64,000 nt of DNA from Antedon mediterranea (lineage: Eukaryota; Animalia; Echinodermata): contig NC_092673.1 in NCBI RefSeq assembly GCF_964355755.1, positions 36,081,648 through 36,145,647 on the forward strand. The letters run 5' to 3'. Shown one piece after another: positions 25,961 through 38,700 of the stretch. The notes below the pieces were generated by a model. It worked only from the letters and a program-made list of their open reading frames with translations. It made no database searches and had not been told where the DNA came from. Both the position numbers and the translations under genes were made by a program. Each line of letters starts with the position of its first letter. Within the stretch, counting starts at the first letter, position 1.

Positions 25961-26199
25961 CATTTGTCGTATTTGATTGGGACTTTTACCGTTGAGTATA
26001 GTTTTTCCGTTGTTGAGTACTTATTTATCGAAGTATTTTGAGCGTTGAGATTGTTCTTAACGAAAAAGTTTACGTTGTTAACGTTTTCTATTCAATGATT
26101 TTCTATTGAGCACATTCCGTTTAAAATTTACCATTCGAATACAACAAGTACTCAACGAATCTTTATCGAACGAAAGTTCCCAATCGAATACGACAATTG
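25961..26199. mobile_element. Small inverted-repeat element (MITE-like) between KNDC1 and SGSH
   Basis: catttgtcgtatttgattgggac pairs imperfectly with gttcccaatcgaatacgacaattg; decayed cgttgagta-type subrepeats inside. Confidence 0.6.
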
Positions 26200-27055
26200 A
26201 TGCCATATGGACGATCCCCAAACCAAACCGCGCGCTATTCACTAATAGCTATTCCGTGATTGGTTAAATATCTTCACGGTAGAGGGCCGTCCATACTTGA
26301 CATACACACGTGCAGCTTACTAAACTAGGCTAGCTACTAGTTACTGTAAATTCACTTACTTCTTCAAGTATACCAAACGTTCTTTGGATTGGTATATCGG
26401 CAATTTAAATCTTAGGAAGACACTTATAAAGAAGAGGGAAGGTATGTTTTTTTAAATCAAAATTGAGGAAATCTAGATCTCGGCTAATTCGTACGTTGTT
26501 AAAAGAGGTAAGCTCGTGAAATCATATGTATCGTCGCCTTTAGGCTTATTTGTCAGTGTTTTTTAATGCTATCTCAGACGGTATTTAATTATTGTTTTTA
26601 CGCGTGCTAAGGGCCTATCATTCATAACATTATGACATATTACACTTAAAGATGTGTTGTCCCCAAAAACAAGAAAAATTAATTAAATCAGAATTTGAAG
26701 AGGTTATTTTGTAGTTTTAATCAAATCAATCTATTCCGAATAAATGGTTAAATTCAACCAAAAACTCATTGGCTGGCAGCCAATTTGACAATTAAATTAC
26801 AGTTTTTTCAGGTAAATAATACATTTTTTCGATTCAATTTTTGTCAAAGTGGATCACTTTTATGTGACATTAAAATTGCATATTCAACAACAAAAATAGT
26901 TAATGCTTTAATAATAATCAGCTTCTGCATAATCCAAAATCACCTTCGTGAACTCTTAACGAGCGGAAGTTATTTTTCCGAGGTACTGATATTATAATCT
27001 CAACAACCAGACCAGAAGCTGTTCTGGCTTAGCCTATATCATTTTAAAAAAAATC

Positions 27056-28603
27056 ATGGCGGACTCGGTAATAAAAACGATCATTTTAATGCTACTGATA
27101 ACTTTACTCAGTGTTGGAAATGGCCGACATACACATAGACGGAATAAAACTAGAGGCGACCCCAAGAAGAAGAACGTATTAATAATGTTTGTTGACGATG
27201 GTGGATTTGAAAGCCCAGTGTACAATAATACAGTCTGCAAAACTCCAAACTTGTCCGCATTTGCTAAGCGTAGCGTTGTATTACGTAGAGCCTATACATC
27301 TGTGAGCAGTTGTTCACCAAGTCGCTCTGCTTTACTCACTGGACTACCACAGCATCAGAACGGTATGTACGGATTACATCACTCATTCCATCATTTTGAA
27401 TCATTTGAAGGAGTCAAAAGTATCCCACTGATTCTAAAGGACCATGGTGTTCGGACGGGCATAATTGGTAAGAAGCATATAGGGCCTGATGACGTTTATA
27501 AATTCGATTACGAAAGAACAGACGAACATTACAGTATGTTACAAGTTGCTAGGAACATCACTAACATGAAAATTCTTGTGAATGAATTTCTATCCATGGA
27601 TGATCGTCCGTTTTTCCTTTATATTGCTTTCAAAGATGTTCACAGATGCGATGCAGGTATTGAAAAATATGGACAATTTTGTGAACGATTTGGAAATGGT
27701 AGCCAAGAGACGGGAACTATTCCAGATTGGAAACCAGCATATTACGACCCATTTGACGTCATTGTGCCATACTTTCTACCCGACACATTGGCAACCAGAC
27801 AAGAAATTTCAGCACAGTATACGTCGGTCAGTAGAATGGACCAAGGGGTCGGACTTTTCCTAAACGAACTAAAATCGTTGGGGTTCCTTGATAACACGTT
27901 GGTTATCTACACTGCAGACAATGGTATACCTTTCCCTAACGCAAAAACAAATCTGTACGAAAGCGGCATGGGTGAACCAATGATTATATCATCTCCTATG
28001 CACACCGAACGTTGGGGTGAGATTAGTGATGCTATGGCCAGTACTATTGATATTGTACCGACAATACTAGATTGGTTTGGAGTTGACTACCCATCATACC
28101 TCCTTAATGGTGTCACTGTGAATCTGAGTGGCAAATCTTTACTTCCAATATTGACTTCTGAACCAACAACGGGAGAGAAGTTTGATGAAGTGTTTTCCAG
28201 TCATGATCTACACGAAATAACAATGTACTACCCAATGAGAGTTGTACGCAATCGTCAGTACAGACTAATACATAACCTGAACCACGCCACGTCATATCCG
28301 ATCGCACTCGACATTTTCATGTCCCCAACATTCCAAGACACGTTAAACCGATCCCATGAAGGAAAGCCAACCAACTGGTTCAAGTCTTTACACCAGTATT
28401 ACTATCGACCAGAGTGGGAACTGTACGATGTCAACAATGATCCACAAGAATTGACCAACTTGATAGATAACTCGACACTGGCTGACATGGTGAAGAACCT
28501 GAAGACCAGCTTACAGGCATGGCTAAAAGAAACCAATGATCCGTGGCAATGCCTACCTAATGGCGTGTTAGTTGGGTCTGAATGTTGGCCTCTTTATAAC
28601 TGA
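27056..28603 (+). CDS. SGSH: N-sulphoglucosamine sulphohydrolase (sulfamidase)-like, single coding exon
   Basis: 515-aa ORF with hydrophobic signal peptide, NVLIMFVDDGGFES, formylglycine motif SSCSPSRSALLTGLPQHQNGMYGLH, RTGIIGKKH, YTADNGIPFP, HEITMYYPMR, YYYRPEWELYD and TNDPW. Probable 5'-UTR exon ending at 26441 (AAG|gtatgt). Confidence 0.95.
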   Translation: MADSVIKTIILMLLITLLSVGNGRHTHRRNKTRGDPKKKNVLIMFVDDGGFESPVYNNTVCKTPNLSAFAKRSVVLRRAYTSVSSCSPSRSALLTGLPQHQNGMYGLHHSFHHFESFEGVKSIPLILKDHGVRTGIIGKKHIGPDDVYKFDYERTDEHYSMLQVARNITNMKILVNEFLSMDDRPFFLYIAFKDVHRCDAGIEKYGQFCERFGNGSQETGTIPDWKPAYYDPFDVIVPYFLPDTLATRQEISAQYTSVSRMDQGVGLFLNELKSLGFLDNTLVIYTADNGIPFPNAKTNLYESGMGEPMIISSPMHTERWGEISDAMASTIDIVPTILDWFGVDYPSYLLNGVTVNLSGKSLLPILTSEPTTGEKFDEVFSSHDLHEITMYYPMRVVRNRQYRLIHNLNHATSYPIALDIFMSPTFQDTLNRSHEGKPTNWFKSLHQYYYRPEWELYDVNNDPQELTNLIDNSTLADMVKNLKTSLQAWLKETNDPWQCLPNGVLVGSECWPLYN

Positions 28604-29384
28604 TGGAGCAGCCATGTATCGCACAATAGCACAATTATTACATTCATTGATATTCTAAAATACTACCTCATTTTTTTCTTAACGGCTAAAACAATCCATG
28701 ACATGTTATGGATACTGGCCTTATTATTATTATTATTGTTATTATTAATGTGAACTTGCAATGGTATATTGGCATGCTTCGTATATTTAGGGCTTACGCC
28801 TATTATGTATTATGGTATATTATGTATTTTCATACATTTTCATAATATTATTATAAAGAAACTTTATTTGTATTGTAATAAACACAGTAGCCATGATTTT
28901 CTTTTAAGTCATTTAATATTAATAAGCATCAGGGTTGTATAACAGTACGGTAAATGGTTTAAAATTAAAAACAATGTAAATACTACCGTTTTACCATAAT
29001 GCACGGATGCATGCATGAATGTTGTACCGGTTTACCATAATGCACGGATGCATGAATGTTGTATATAGAAGTACTGTAGTTTGTTGAATGATGTTACTGA
29101 ACCAATTTCACAAACATATCAGTTACATCGAATATAGTAGACTATTACTCCTTGGTACATTATCTGACCCATTTAAATCGTGAAATTATCGTAAATTATT
29201 ATTCACGATCGATATCGTGAAACACAGTTACACTAAATGTTAATAATGAGCCACCTGCTATAGTGACTGTCTAATTCACCCCATCATTCTCTTTTTTTTT
29301 AACGTCTCTCGATGCCACTGTGCTTGCCAGGTCATTGATCCATCGAGAGCGACATCATTTTTCAGAATGATAACATTCATGTGC

Positions 29385-32300
29385 TTATTTACATGAAAGA
29401 AGTCCAAATGGGTCACTAATGTCATTCTGAAAGGTACAATATGAAACGTACCCGAATTTATTCAGATGATTATACTTGCATATAGATGTTTCGAGTAATG
29501 TATAGATAATTACCTGGTGAGGAGGCGCTTCAGTTGACAGACTCGTGAAAGAGAAGTGTTTGGCATAGCGCGAGTACTTGAGAATCGCTGCTAAATTCCC
29601 ATCCACAACTGTCCGAGTACCAGTCTACAAAAAGAGTGTGTTACGGTAAATCACATCCAACCTAAATAGTCAAACTTTTGATTGAGATTAATTTACATAC
29701 TGCAAATATAGTACTACTCACCGTGAAAGTAACAGAGTTGTCAAATACTAACTTATCCAGGTGGTCTTCGGTTCCATTAAACTTCACTTCAGATTCCGTC
29801 GATTTACCACTGGCTTCTGGCGGTAACTTAAACAGTCGACACGTGATCGACGCATACTGGATATCACCTTTTTATTTAACAATAGAGAGTTTTGTTAAAA
29901 AATAGAAATTTTCGTTTGTTTTAAATATTTTTATATTAAAAGCTGAACAGACATACCAACCAGTTCTTTATATTCGGGCTTGTTGACGTTAATTTTACGT
30001 ATTGCATAAAGTCGTGGACGCGTAAATCCCACTTCTTCGGCAATTTCAAGCAATTGAGACCAGGTGAGTGCTCCAGCCAATCCATCACCTGTAATAAGAT
30101 TGTAAATCAGTAATTGAAATTAGTACTTTCTTTTATGCTTTACAGAGAAGATAGTTCATTTCATTGTTGATGTAGTCCTAAACTCGATCATATAATGGTC
30201 GATAATAAAAATTATCAATTCTCTGAGGCAATCCTATTTGGAACAAATCACAAATTAAACATGTATAAACAATTAATGTCCAGGTTTATCACTCGATCAG
30301 TAATTAAATTGTGAACATTTGAATAGAGTTATTAGTACTAATTCATTCTCCCCAGATATTAAATGTAATTTTTATTTCAAACCTACTACTTACCCCAAAG
30401 TGATTTGTTTGTCTTCAAGGTGTCTGGAATCGGCTTATTAGCATACATATCGCTAAAAAAGATCTCACCTCCATCTTTTAAAGAAGTGTATGCTTCTTTT
30501 AACACTGACCGTTTATCGGGCGATAGGTTTATTACGCAGTTGGACCTATTATATTAACATTTAAAAAATTAATTTTGAGTGAAATGAGTGACGATGTGGT
30601 GATCCTATAATTAGTGGGTTAGGATAGGAAATGGGTTATTATTTAATAATAACGAATGATAATGGAGGATCTATGCAGTGACTCGAATCGGACATTATAT
30701 TGTACAATCGATGCTGTTACTGCCCCACATGTCTGGCAACCTTTAACATATTGTAGACGGATGATAATTGCCAATAAGTAATAGTTTGAACTTACACAAT
30801 AACGTCAAATTGGTTAGCCTTAATTCCAGATGCAGACAGCTTCTCTATATATCCTTCCTTAAAATCAACATTACTCTCGTTGTATCCGAATGCTTGGCAA
30901 TGATAGTCGACGTATTTCTTAGCAAAACTTAGCTATATAACATTAAAACATACATTGTGGTTAAGCATTTAGAAGTTTTATAAGTGTGTGTATCGCTTGT
31001 ATTTTATGCTGGTCGTCATATCATTGTCAGCGATGACCTCATAATTACGAAGACAACATAGTCCATAGACATTGCATTATTAGTTCGTTCAAATTCAACA
31101 CTAACGTTATAATTTGTTTTTGAATTTTGAATCTGCTGGTGGGGCACTGATTAGAACATTGGACTCTCATTGGTTCCTTCCAACCAACCCAGGTGACAAA
31201 AATTAGCACTGGTATTTTTACTGACTCAGACTGGTGTAACACTCACAAACATGAACAGTACTATCAGTGGAGGTCTGCTCTAAACGGTCAATGAAATGGA
31301 GATAGGTAGGCAGCACGGTGGTTAGATAGGTACGGTAGGCAGCACGGTGGTTAGATAGGTACGGTAGGCAGCACGGTGGTTAGATAGGTACGGTAGGCAG
31401 CACGGTCGTTAGATAGGTACGGTAGGCAGCACGGTCGTTAGATAGGTACGGTAGGCAGCACGGTCGTTAGATAGGTACGGTAGGCAGCACGGTCGTTAGA
31501 TAGGTACGGTAGGCAGCACGGTCGTTAGAAAGGTACGGTAGGCAGCACGGTCGTTAGATAGGTACGGTAGGCAGCACGGTCGTTAGATAGGTACGGTAGG
31601 CAGCACGGTCGTTAGATAGGTACGGTAGGCAGCACGGTCGTTAGATAGGTACGGTAGGCAGCACGGTCGTTAGATAGGTACGGTAGGCAGCACGGTCGTT
31701 AGATAGGTACGGTAGGCAGCACGGTCGTTAGATAGGTACGGTAGGCAGCACGTTCGTTAGATAGGTACGGTAGGCAGCACGGTCGTTAGATAGGTACGGT
31801 AGGCAGCACGGTCGTTTTAGAAGCTTCGATTTCGACTTTACCCTTAGGCTTGGTTCTCACTAGGACGCACCGCAACGACACAAGCAATTTGACCAATCAT
31901 GACGTGTAATTGGTCAAATAACTAGTGCGTTGCGCGTCGCGTCCTGATTCCCAAGTGGGAACCAAGCATGTGTGAATTGGAATATAGGCCTTACAAACTG
32001 GGTCCTCTTGTAGACTACCTCAAAATTGTGATTATTGTCAAATTACTTGTTTAATTGATAAATGAAGGCTTACCAGTTCGTCGGTCATATCAATACCAGT
32101 GACATGACCATTTGGTCCAACCATCTTGCTAAGTAAATAGACATCTCGCCCTGTCCCACATCCCAAGTCAAGCACATGAGCCTCAAGTAGACAAGAAGGC
32201 AGAGGTAAACCACATCCAAAATATCTGGTGTAAGAAATTAAGATAAAAATAACTGGTGTAGCTAAACCTGAGGGTATCACTATCAGTATATATTTTGTAT

Positions 32301-34134
32301 GATTTTTTAATTTGTAAAGGGGGTTAAACTGTTTTAACCATTTAAAGAAAAGCATGTTATTTGAAAAAATATTTATACAAAATCTCGGCAGTCTGACGAC
32401 CGAGGCAGGCCTAAAGTAAAATCGTTTTCAGATTCAATGACGGAATTAAGTACATCGTGTCACGAAAATTGTAATTTAAAGCATAAAATAGTCAAATTGT
32501 TTGTCTGACAAACAAAAGTACTGTACAATTTAAATTATAATAAAAAATGCAATAAAAACGAATAAAAAGGTAGACAAAGTACAATATCGCTCACTTTGTC
32601 TCTATGAACTACGGTATCTATAAGTTTAACATATTAACTTTTGTAGGAGTGTGTGATTTTTCTTTCTGTTCTCGGTTTTTGAATTGTTGGTAGTTTAGGC
32701 CTACATTGACATTGGTTCGGAGCAAGCGAGGAATACTACCGGTACTGTACGGATATATAGGGGGACAATATTAAGCGAAGGTAAATTTAACAATTCTAAA
32801 GCTAAATTTATACACACTATACGGTAATTAGACTGGGCCAATTTTACCCAGTGAGGGACGCAGGTCCTGCAATTGATACATTGCTAAATTTATTTTATTT
32901 TTTTATTCAATTTACAAGACCTCCACTAACAGGTTGAAATAAAAGAAAAAAGAACACAACTTTTACAATTTGAGATCTAAAAATGGATAAACTATTTTAA
33001 AAATATAAATATCATAAACATTTAATGTATTGACATTTTTAGCTAATCTTTGAAATAAACCTTTGTAACGTCACTGGCCCAAAAGTTACATGAATTAAAT
33101 TCCTTGAGTGAGGGATAGGTAAGCCGTCGCTATTTCCAGATCCCGGGGAAAACTCCCTCTGACAGCCAGACAAATCGGGATACATTTCTCATAGGAACGT
33201 AAAATATTAGATGTTCAAAATGTACATGCATTCATGTCCTCATTATAAACGAACTCTTATATATTTAGACGATTAACTTTTCAATAATTAATTAACACGA
33301 TATTAATACAGTACTTTTAATTTACCTCTTCCAAATCCTAGTATATCTCTTTAAGAAGGTTTATACAGGGACAAAACAATTGCATATTCCAGGCAGAGGT
33401 AATATATTATTTCCGAAGTATAGGCCTAGACTGTATTTCTAATCCAAATGAAATAATAATGATAATAATTTATAAATTAATACTTTACTTTACTATATAA
33501 TTTGAAGGGGTTAAACTATCCCGAGTGAAAGTTTTTTTTTTCAGATTCAGACACCAAATTCACTCCATCGCGTTGACACGTGGGTTGTGGACTTTGGACA
33601 AAAGGTTACAGAACAGATCGTCACGAAGAATCTATTTCTATCGACTTCAATCTGTTGATTATCAGTAGTGGGCCCGTCAGTGGGATACTAACGCTATAAT
33701 TCGTAATTAAACAGCCTGAACATTTAGATTGTTGGCCATGTGCCTACACACCACATACCAAACGTGAACAATGCATGGGTTCAGAGACGAGCAACCCCAA
33801 TAATGACGTCACAATATAAACTAAAATAAAAAATAATGTAGATGCAGATAGGGTTGTTCAATTTGTGTGGGTTTAGCTTTTTAGGCTATGTCTGATTATT
33901 TATATACCAGCACATTACAATAATAATAAGGCCTCAATAATAATACTCTTTTTACCTTTCCTTAATATCTCCATGTACCAAAGAAAGAGCATTTTTTGCG
34001 CCCTTCGTCATCATCTGTGTTGCTTTTAGTGAACAAACATCAGATCCAAACCTAATTGATCCTTCAAGAACATTTTTATAATAATCTTGCATGTCATTCC
34101 AAGTTTCTGTTGACTTTTTAACACAAGTAGACAT
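29385..34134 (-). CDS. AS3MT: Arsenite methyltransferase-like SAM-dependent methyltransferase, 8 coding exons
   Basis: Minus-strand exons 34134-33956, 32224-32074, 30932-30796, 30545-30394, 30088-29957, 29867-29722, 29624-29514, 29426-29385. Motifs QDYY, RYFGCGLPLP, VLDLGCGTGRDVYLLSKMVGPNGHVTGIDMT, NVDFKEGYIE, FDVIVSNCVINLSPDK, LKDGGEIFFSDMYA, LWGDGLAGALTW, ISDPF. Confidence 0.92.
31305..31816. repeat. 29-bp tandem array, about 17 copies, in AS3MT intron 2
   Basis: Unit ggtaggcagcacggtcgttagataggtac. Confidence 0.92.
31848..31967. mobile_element. 120-bp palindromic MITE-like element
   Basis: gcttggttctcactaggacgc...ttgaccaat pairs with attggtcaa...gcgtcct...agtgggaaccaagc. Confidence 0.65.
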
Positions 34135-34849
34135 GATGAAGAATAATACGATCAAAATATCGAAGATTAGGGTATTTTGTATATAGGCCTAGTCGTCTTT
34201 TGTTATACCGGCGGCTTATATACTACTGAGAGTTATTATCAGTTGATACGGTCATCCTCGTACAAATATACGTGCCCGACTACTTACATATAAAAAAAAC
34301 ATAATATACCGTACTATTTAATATTTTAGTCTTAAAAATACATTTTGTATAATGATTAAGTAGGATGGAAGACCTGCATTGGCGATGTATAGTTGTTGTA
34401 CACTTAAATTTGCATTATATTTATCTTTATAATATTTACATTACATTAAAAATGTTTTACCCCCCCTCATGTCATTCAAGGGTTATATTTATTGCCGACG
34501 TCATGCAAGGTCACAGACAGGAAGTGATTAGATTATTTAAACCAAAGTGAGACTATCTTTGTTAAAACTATAAACTGGTGGTACGTAGGCCTACAAAACA
34601 CAGAAAAAACGTTTAATATTTTAACCAAATTATCTGTGCATGGTCTATGACAGACAATTTAAGTATTTTTTGCTTATTATTTTTGTAGGTAAATCCAGTT
34701 TTTGTCAAAGTGAATAACTATGACATTAAATTGGCATATTAAACAAAAATTGAAAAACATCTTTTTTAGGGGGACAAAATCTTTAACGAAATATTCTTCA
34801 AAACGTAGTTGTGTAGGTACAGTTCCGATCTCTGCCACAATGTTTTTAT

Positions 34850-35430
34850 AATAATAATAATATTTATTTGGAACAACACTTTTTTAACAGTGGCACACAT
34901 GCGTAGATGGTGCGTCCATACCAATTACAAAATTCAATACAAAAACAATGAAAAATAAAAACTGAAACGAAAATAAAACATATTTAAATGACATAAAATT
35001 TGACTCGACGCTATTACAAAACTTATTTACAAACTAAAACTACACCAATATACAACTACTAATTTTGCAACAGCAATGCCTGGAAAAGAAAACAGGAATA
35101 ACGTGCTTCCTAGGACATATTGAACCTTAATAGATAGGTCACCAGAAATAAAATTTACCCAAGTATCTACACAATTTATTGCAATAAGTTTATGTTGAAG
35201 TGTTTGTAATTCTTATTACAAATAAACAGGAAATGTTTAACATCTTCTTCACCTGACCCACAAACCTTACACTTGTCATTTAGATTATCAATGTTCCACT
35301 TATTTGTAATTTTTCCAAGTGGTAAAGTGTTTGAACAAAGTTTAAATTTTAAACTTGAGCCATAAAAATCTGTTTTATCCAGTAGGTAAGGTTCTAGGCT
35401 AGGTGACTCTTTTATCAAAGAGTAATTTTA
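34850..35430 (-). mobile_element. 5'-truncated non-LTR retrotransposon remnant (C-terminus of ORF2 and 3' tail)
   Basis: ORF 35418-35176 contains LKFKLCSNTLPL...KCKVCGSGEEDVKHFLFIC, a CX2C-X4-E-X4-H-X4-C zinc knuckle of the type ending LINE ORF2 proteins. Downstream on the minus strand is aataaa followed by a (tat)n tail near 34868-34850. Confidence 0.65.
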
Positions 35431-35700
35431 CAGGGGGCGCTATTATAATCGAGCGTTCTCATCCCGTGCTCAGATTTTGCTGGTGTGGTTTTTTCGCGGA
35501 TTCATGCGGCTACTGTACTGCTGCTAGGCTAGTTTGTTACGTACATGGCCGTGTGTATGATCGGGAATATGGAGTGACTTGCAAAGTTAGTCGCTTTACA
35601 TTTCATGTTGGTTGACTATTTTGTTTAAAGAAGTTTGACGGATAGCTATTGTTTCATAATCGTCGTAATGTTCTGCATATGATATGGAACTCAGCAGATC

Positions 35701-38700
35701 ATGGACAATGGAGACGATTATGAAGCGCTGCCTACCTCCAAGTTTACTACACACTTGCTCGCTGGTGCAATGGCGGGCATGGGAGAACATTGCATAATGT
35801 ATCCGATTGATTGTGTGAAAGTGAGTTTATAAAACTACTTGTCTTCAATCATGTCTATTTCTGACTATCACAAGGATTGTAAAATTTGTTTGCGCGCACT
35901 AAAATAACAATAAAATGTTCCAGTGCAGTTCCTGAGTGATTTTACTTGTGTATTACAATCAGAGCAATGTCGAACTCACGTGGCACACCCGAGCAGGAGC
36001 TAGAAGGCTAGAATAGATATATAGATAAGCCTAGGCGAGTCCTAAACATCACACAGCTCAGGCCCATTCCCTACGGCACACCTCTAGGCCTAGTCGTCTC
36101 TCACACAGATTGGTGAGGAGTGTCATCGATGGAGTAGCCAATTAGCCTTACTTAGTTATAAATTTAAACTGCTTTATCACTCTGCTTCCTGTAGTGTTAT
36201 GAGATATAGTTTTATACTGTGATAAAAATTAACTTGCTAGCCCACCTCATCCTAACTAGTTAGAAGAGAAGGCAGTTGTGTGAGGCCTAAGGCTGTAATG
36301 TATAATAGTAGAGTAGGGTGGTATTGCTATTTAGAATCCTACTACTAGGCCTAGCTAGTGGCGGTACTATTATATTAATTTTCAGAAATTTTAGAACAAT
36401 TAAAATAAATAATTTTACTAAAAGACATTTTAATGTAGAATATTATGGAAAATTTGGTTTCCTTATATTTTTTGAATTTTTCAGACTCGGATGCAGAGTG
36501 TTCGTACATCACAACAAATGTACCGTAGTGTTTTTGGAACACTAAGAACTATAATACACAATGAAGGGTTCCTGAAGGTTGTACGAGGTCTAAATGTTGT
36601 GGCTGTAGGAGCAGGACCTTCGCATGCTCTCTATTTTGCTTGTTACGAACATTTAAAAAAGAAATTAAGTTCAGGAAGACCTGGCCAAAGTCCATTGGTA
36701 AATGGTATGTATGCTGTGAATATTTTGGGTTTTTTTATTGAAGAAACAACATTTTTATTTTTTCATTTCTAAAATCATTGTCAGTTAAACTTTAAAACAT
36801 TTCACTACCTATTAAGTAATAACCAATTAATCAGTGCTGAATTAATTCTTAATACCCTTCTGTCCTTTGTGGGAAAAATGCTTTGTCATTTTAATACACA
36901 AGATGGTGTATTTAAACAAGTACTCCAAACTTCATTATTGAATGAGTTTGCATTTTGTATAGAAACATGCTGCAGTTAAGGTTTACCAATTTGTGATTAG
37001 CTGAAATATATTCCTTTTAAGTTTTAATATTAATTAACTTGCCCATAGGTCCTTGAGTATAATCCCACCCCTGTACATGAAATTTGTTGGAATATATCCG
37101 GGAATCCTCTGTACATAAACCAAGGCTTAATACTGTCCAAATGTAAATATTGTGTTATGTAAAGGTGCTCTGGTAAGGTCAGGGGTCGAATTATACATGA
37201 AGATCTACGGTAATTATAAAGGATTTACCAGGCTAGTACTTTAATTAGTTACAAATATATTGTCCCCCTAAACATTTTTGTTTTCAATAAATATTCCATT
37301 TTAATGTAACATAATAGTTATTCACTTTGACCAAAAACTGAATATAAAAATTATTATTATTTACCTGAAAAAATGTAATTTAAAGCAAAAAAAATACTTA
37401 AATTATCTGTTTAGACAATGGTTTTTGGTTAAAATTAAATGTTTCCTTTGTCTTTTTCCAAGTGAAATAATTTTTTTTTTTACAGAAGTGAATACATTAT
37501 AACAGCCAAATAGCCTATTTAAAGTCTGATTTAATTAATCTTCATTTTTCATGTTTTTGGGAGAAGTTGCATCTTGATAACAATAATGTCACATGTTTTT
37601 ATTCAAATGTCGTTTTTTTTTTACATTTCTTAAGTATAGGGTCTGTAATTTCATGTTGTAAGTATACAATAAAAGCAAACTAATTACTGTTACATTTATT
37701 AATAAGTGTAAAACCATGATTACAAATTTATACTGTTGTAATTAATAATAAAAATCCTAATATAATAAGTTTATAATTTAATAACTGAAATTATTTACTA
37801 AACTAATTATTGAACTTTTTTGTAAAGTACCATTATATTTTAAAGCAAAAAGTAGAGTGCATGTTCTTATCTTCACAGCTGTCATAAGATTTTTTTCCAA
37901 ATGCGAGAACATTTTTTTTATATACATACACAAAAGCCGAACATGCAATTTGAACTAATAATTTCCACCATACATTAAATATCAGTGTTATTGATGGCAC
38001 ATGATGCATAATTAACCAGTCAAAATACTACAATACACTGTTATAATAAAGAATATTTATTGACCATTTTCTACTAGTTAATTATCAGTAGTTATTTATT
38101 TACTGTTGAATGAATTAACAAACAAATTCTGCTGTTTTTTTTTCCGTTTGTTTCAGCTATTGCTGGGAGTATTGCAACTTTGGTGCATGATGCAGCGATG
38201 AATCCAGTCGATGGTAAAAAGTTTTAGTTTTTGGCAGTAAAAGCAGACATTTTTATAACCGGTGGTCATCATCTCAAATGATCTGGGCGTTGCTTAAATA
38301 ATCTGGGCACTGCTTAAATGATCTGGGTTTTGCTCAAATGATCTGGATGTTGCTCAAATGATCTGGGCACAGCTCAAATGATCTGGGCACTGCTTAAATG
38401 ATCTGGGCACTGCTCAAATGATCTGGGCGCTGCTCAAATGATCTGGGCGCCGCTCAAATGATCTGGACGCTGCTCAAATGATCTGGGCGCTGCTCAAACA
38501 ATCTGGGCACCGCTCAAACGATCTGGCCACCGCTCAAATGATCTGGGAACCGCTCAAATGATCTGGGAACTGCTCAAATGATCTGGGAACCGCTCAAATG
38601 ATCTGGGCGCTGCTCAAATGATCTGGGCGCTGCTCAAATGATCTGGGCGCTGCTCAAATGATCTGGGCGCTGCTCAAATGATCTTGGCGCTGCGAAAGCG

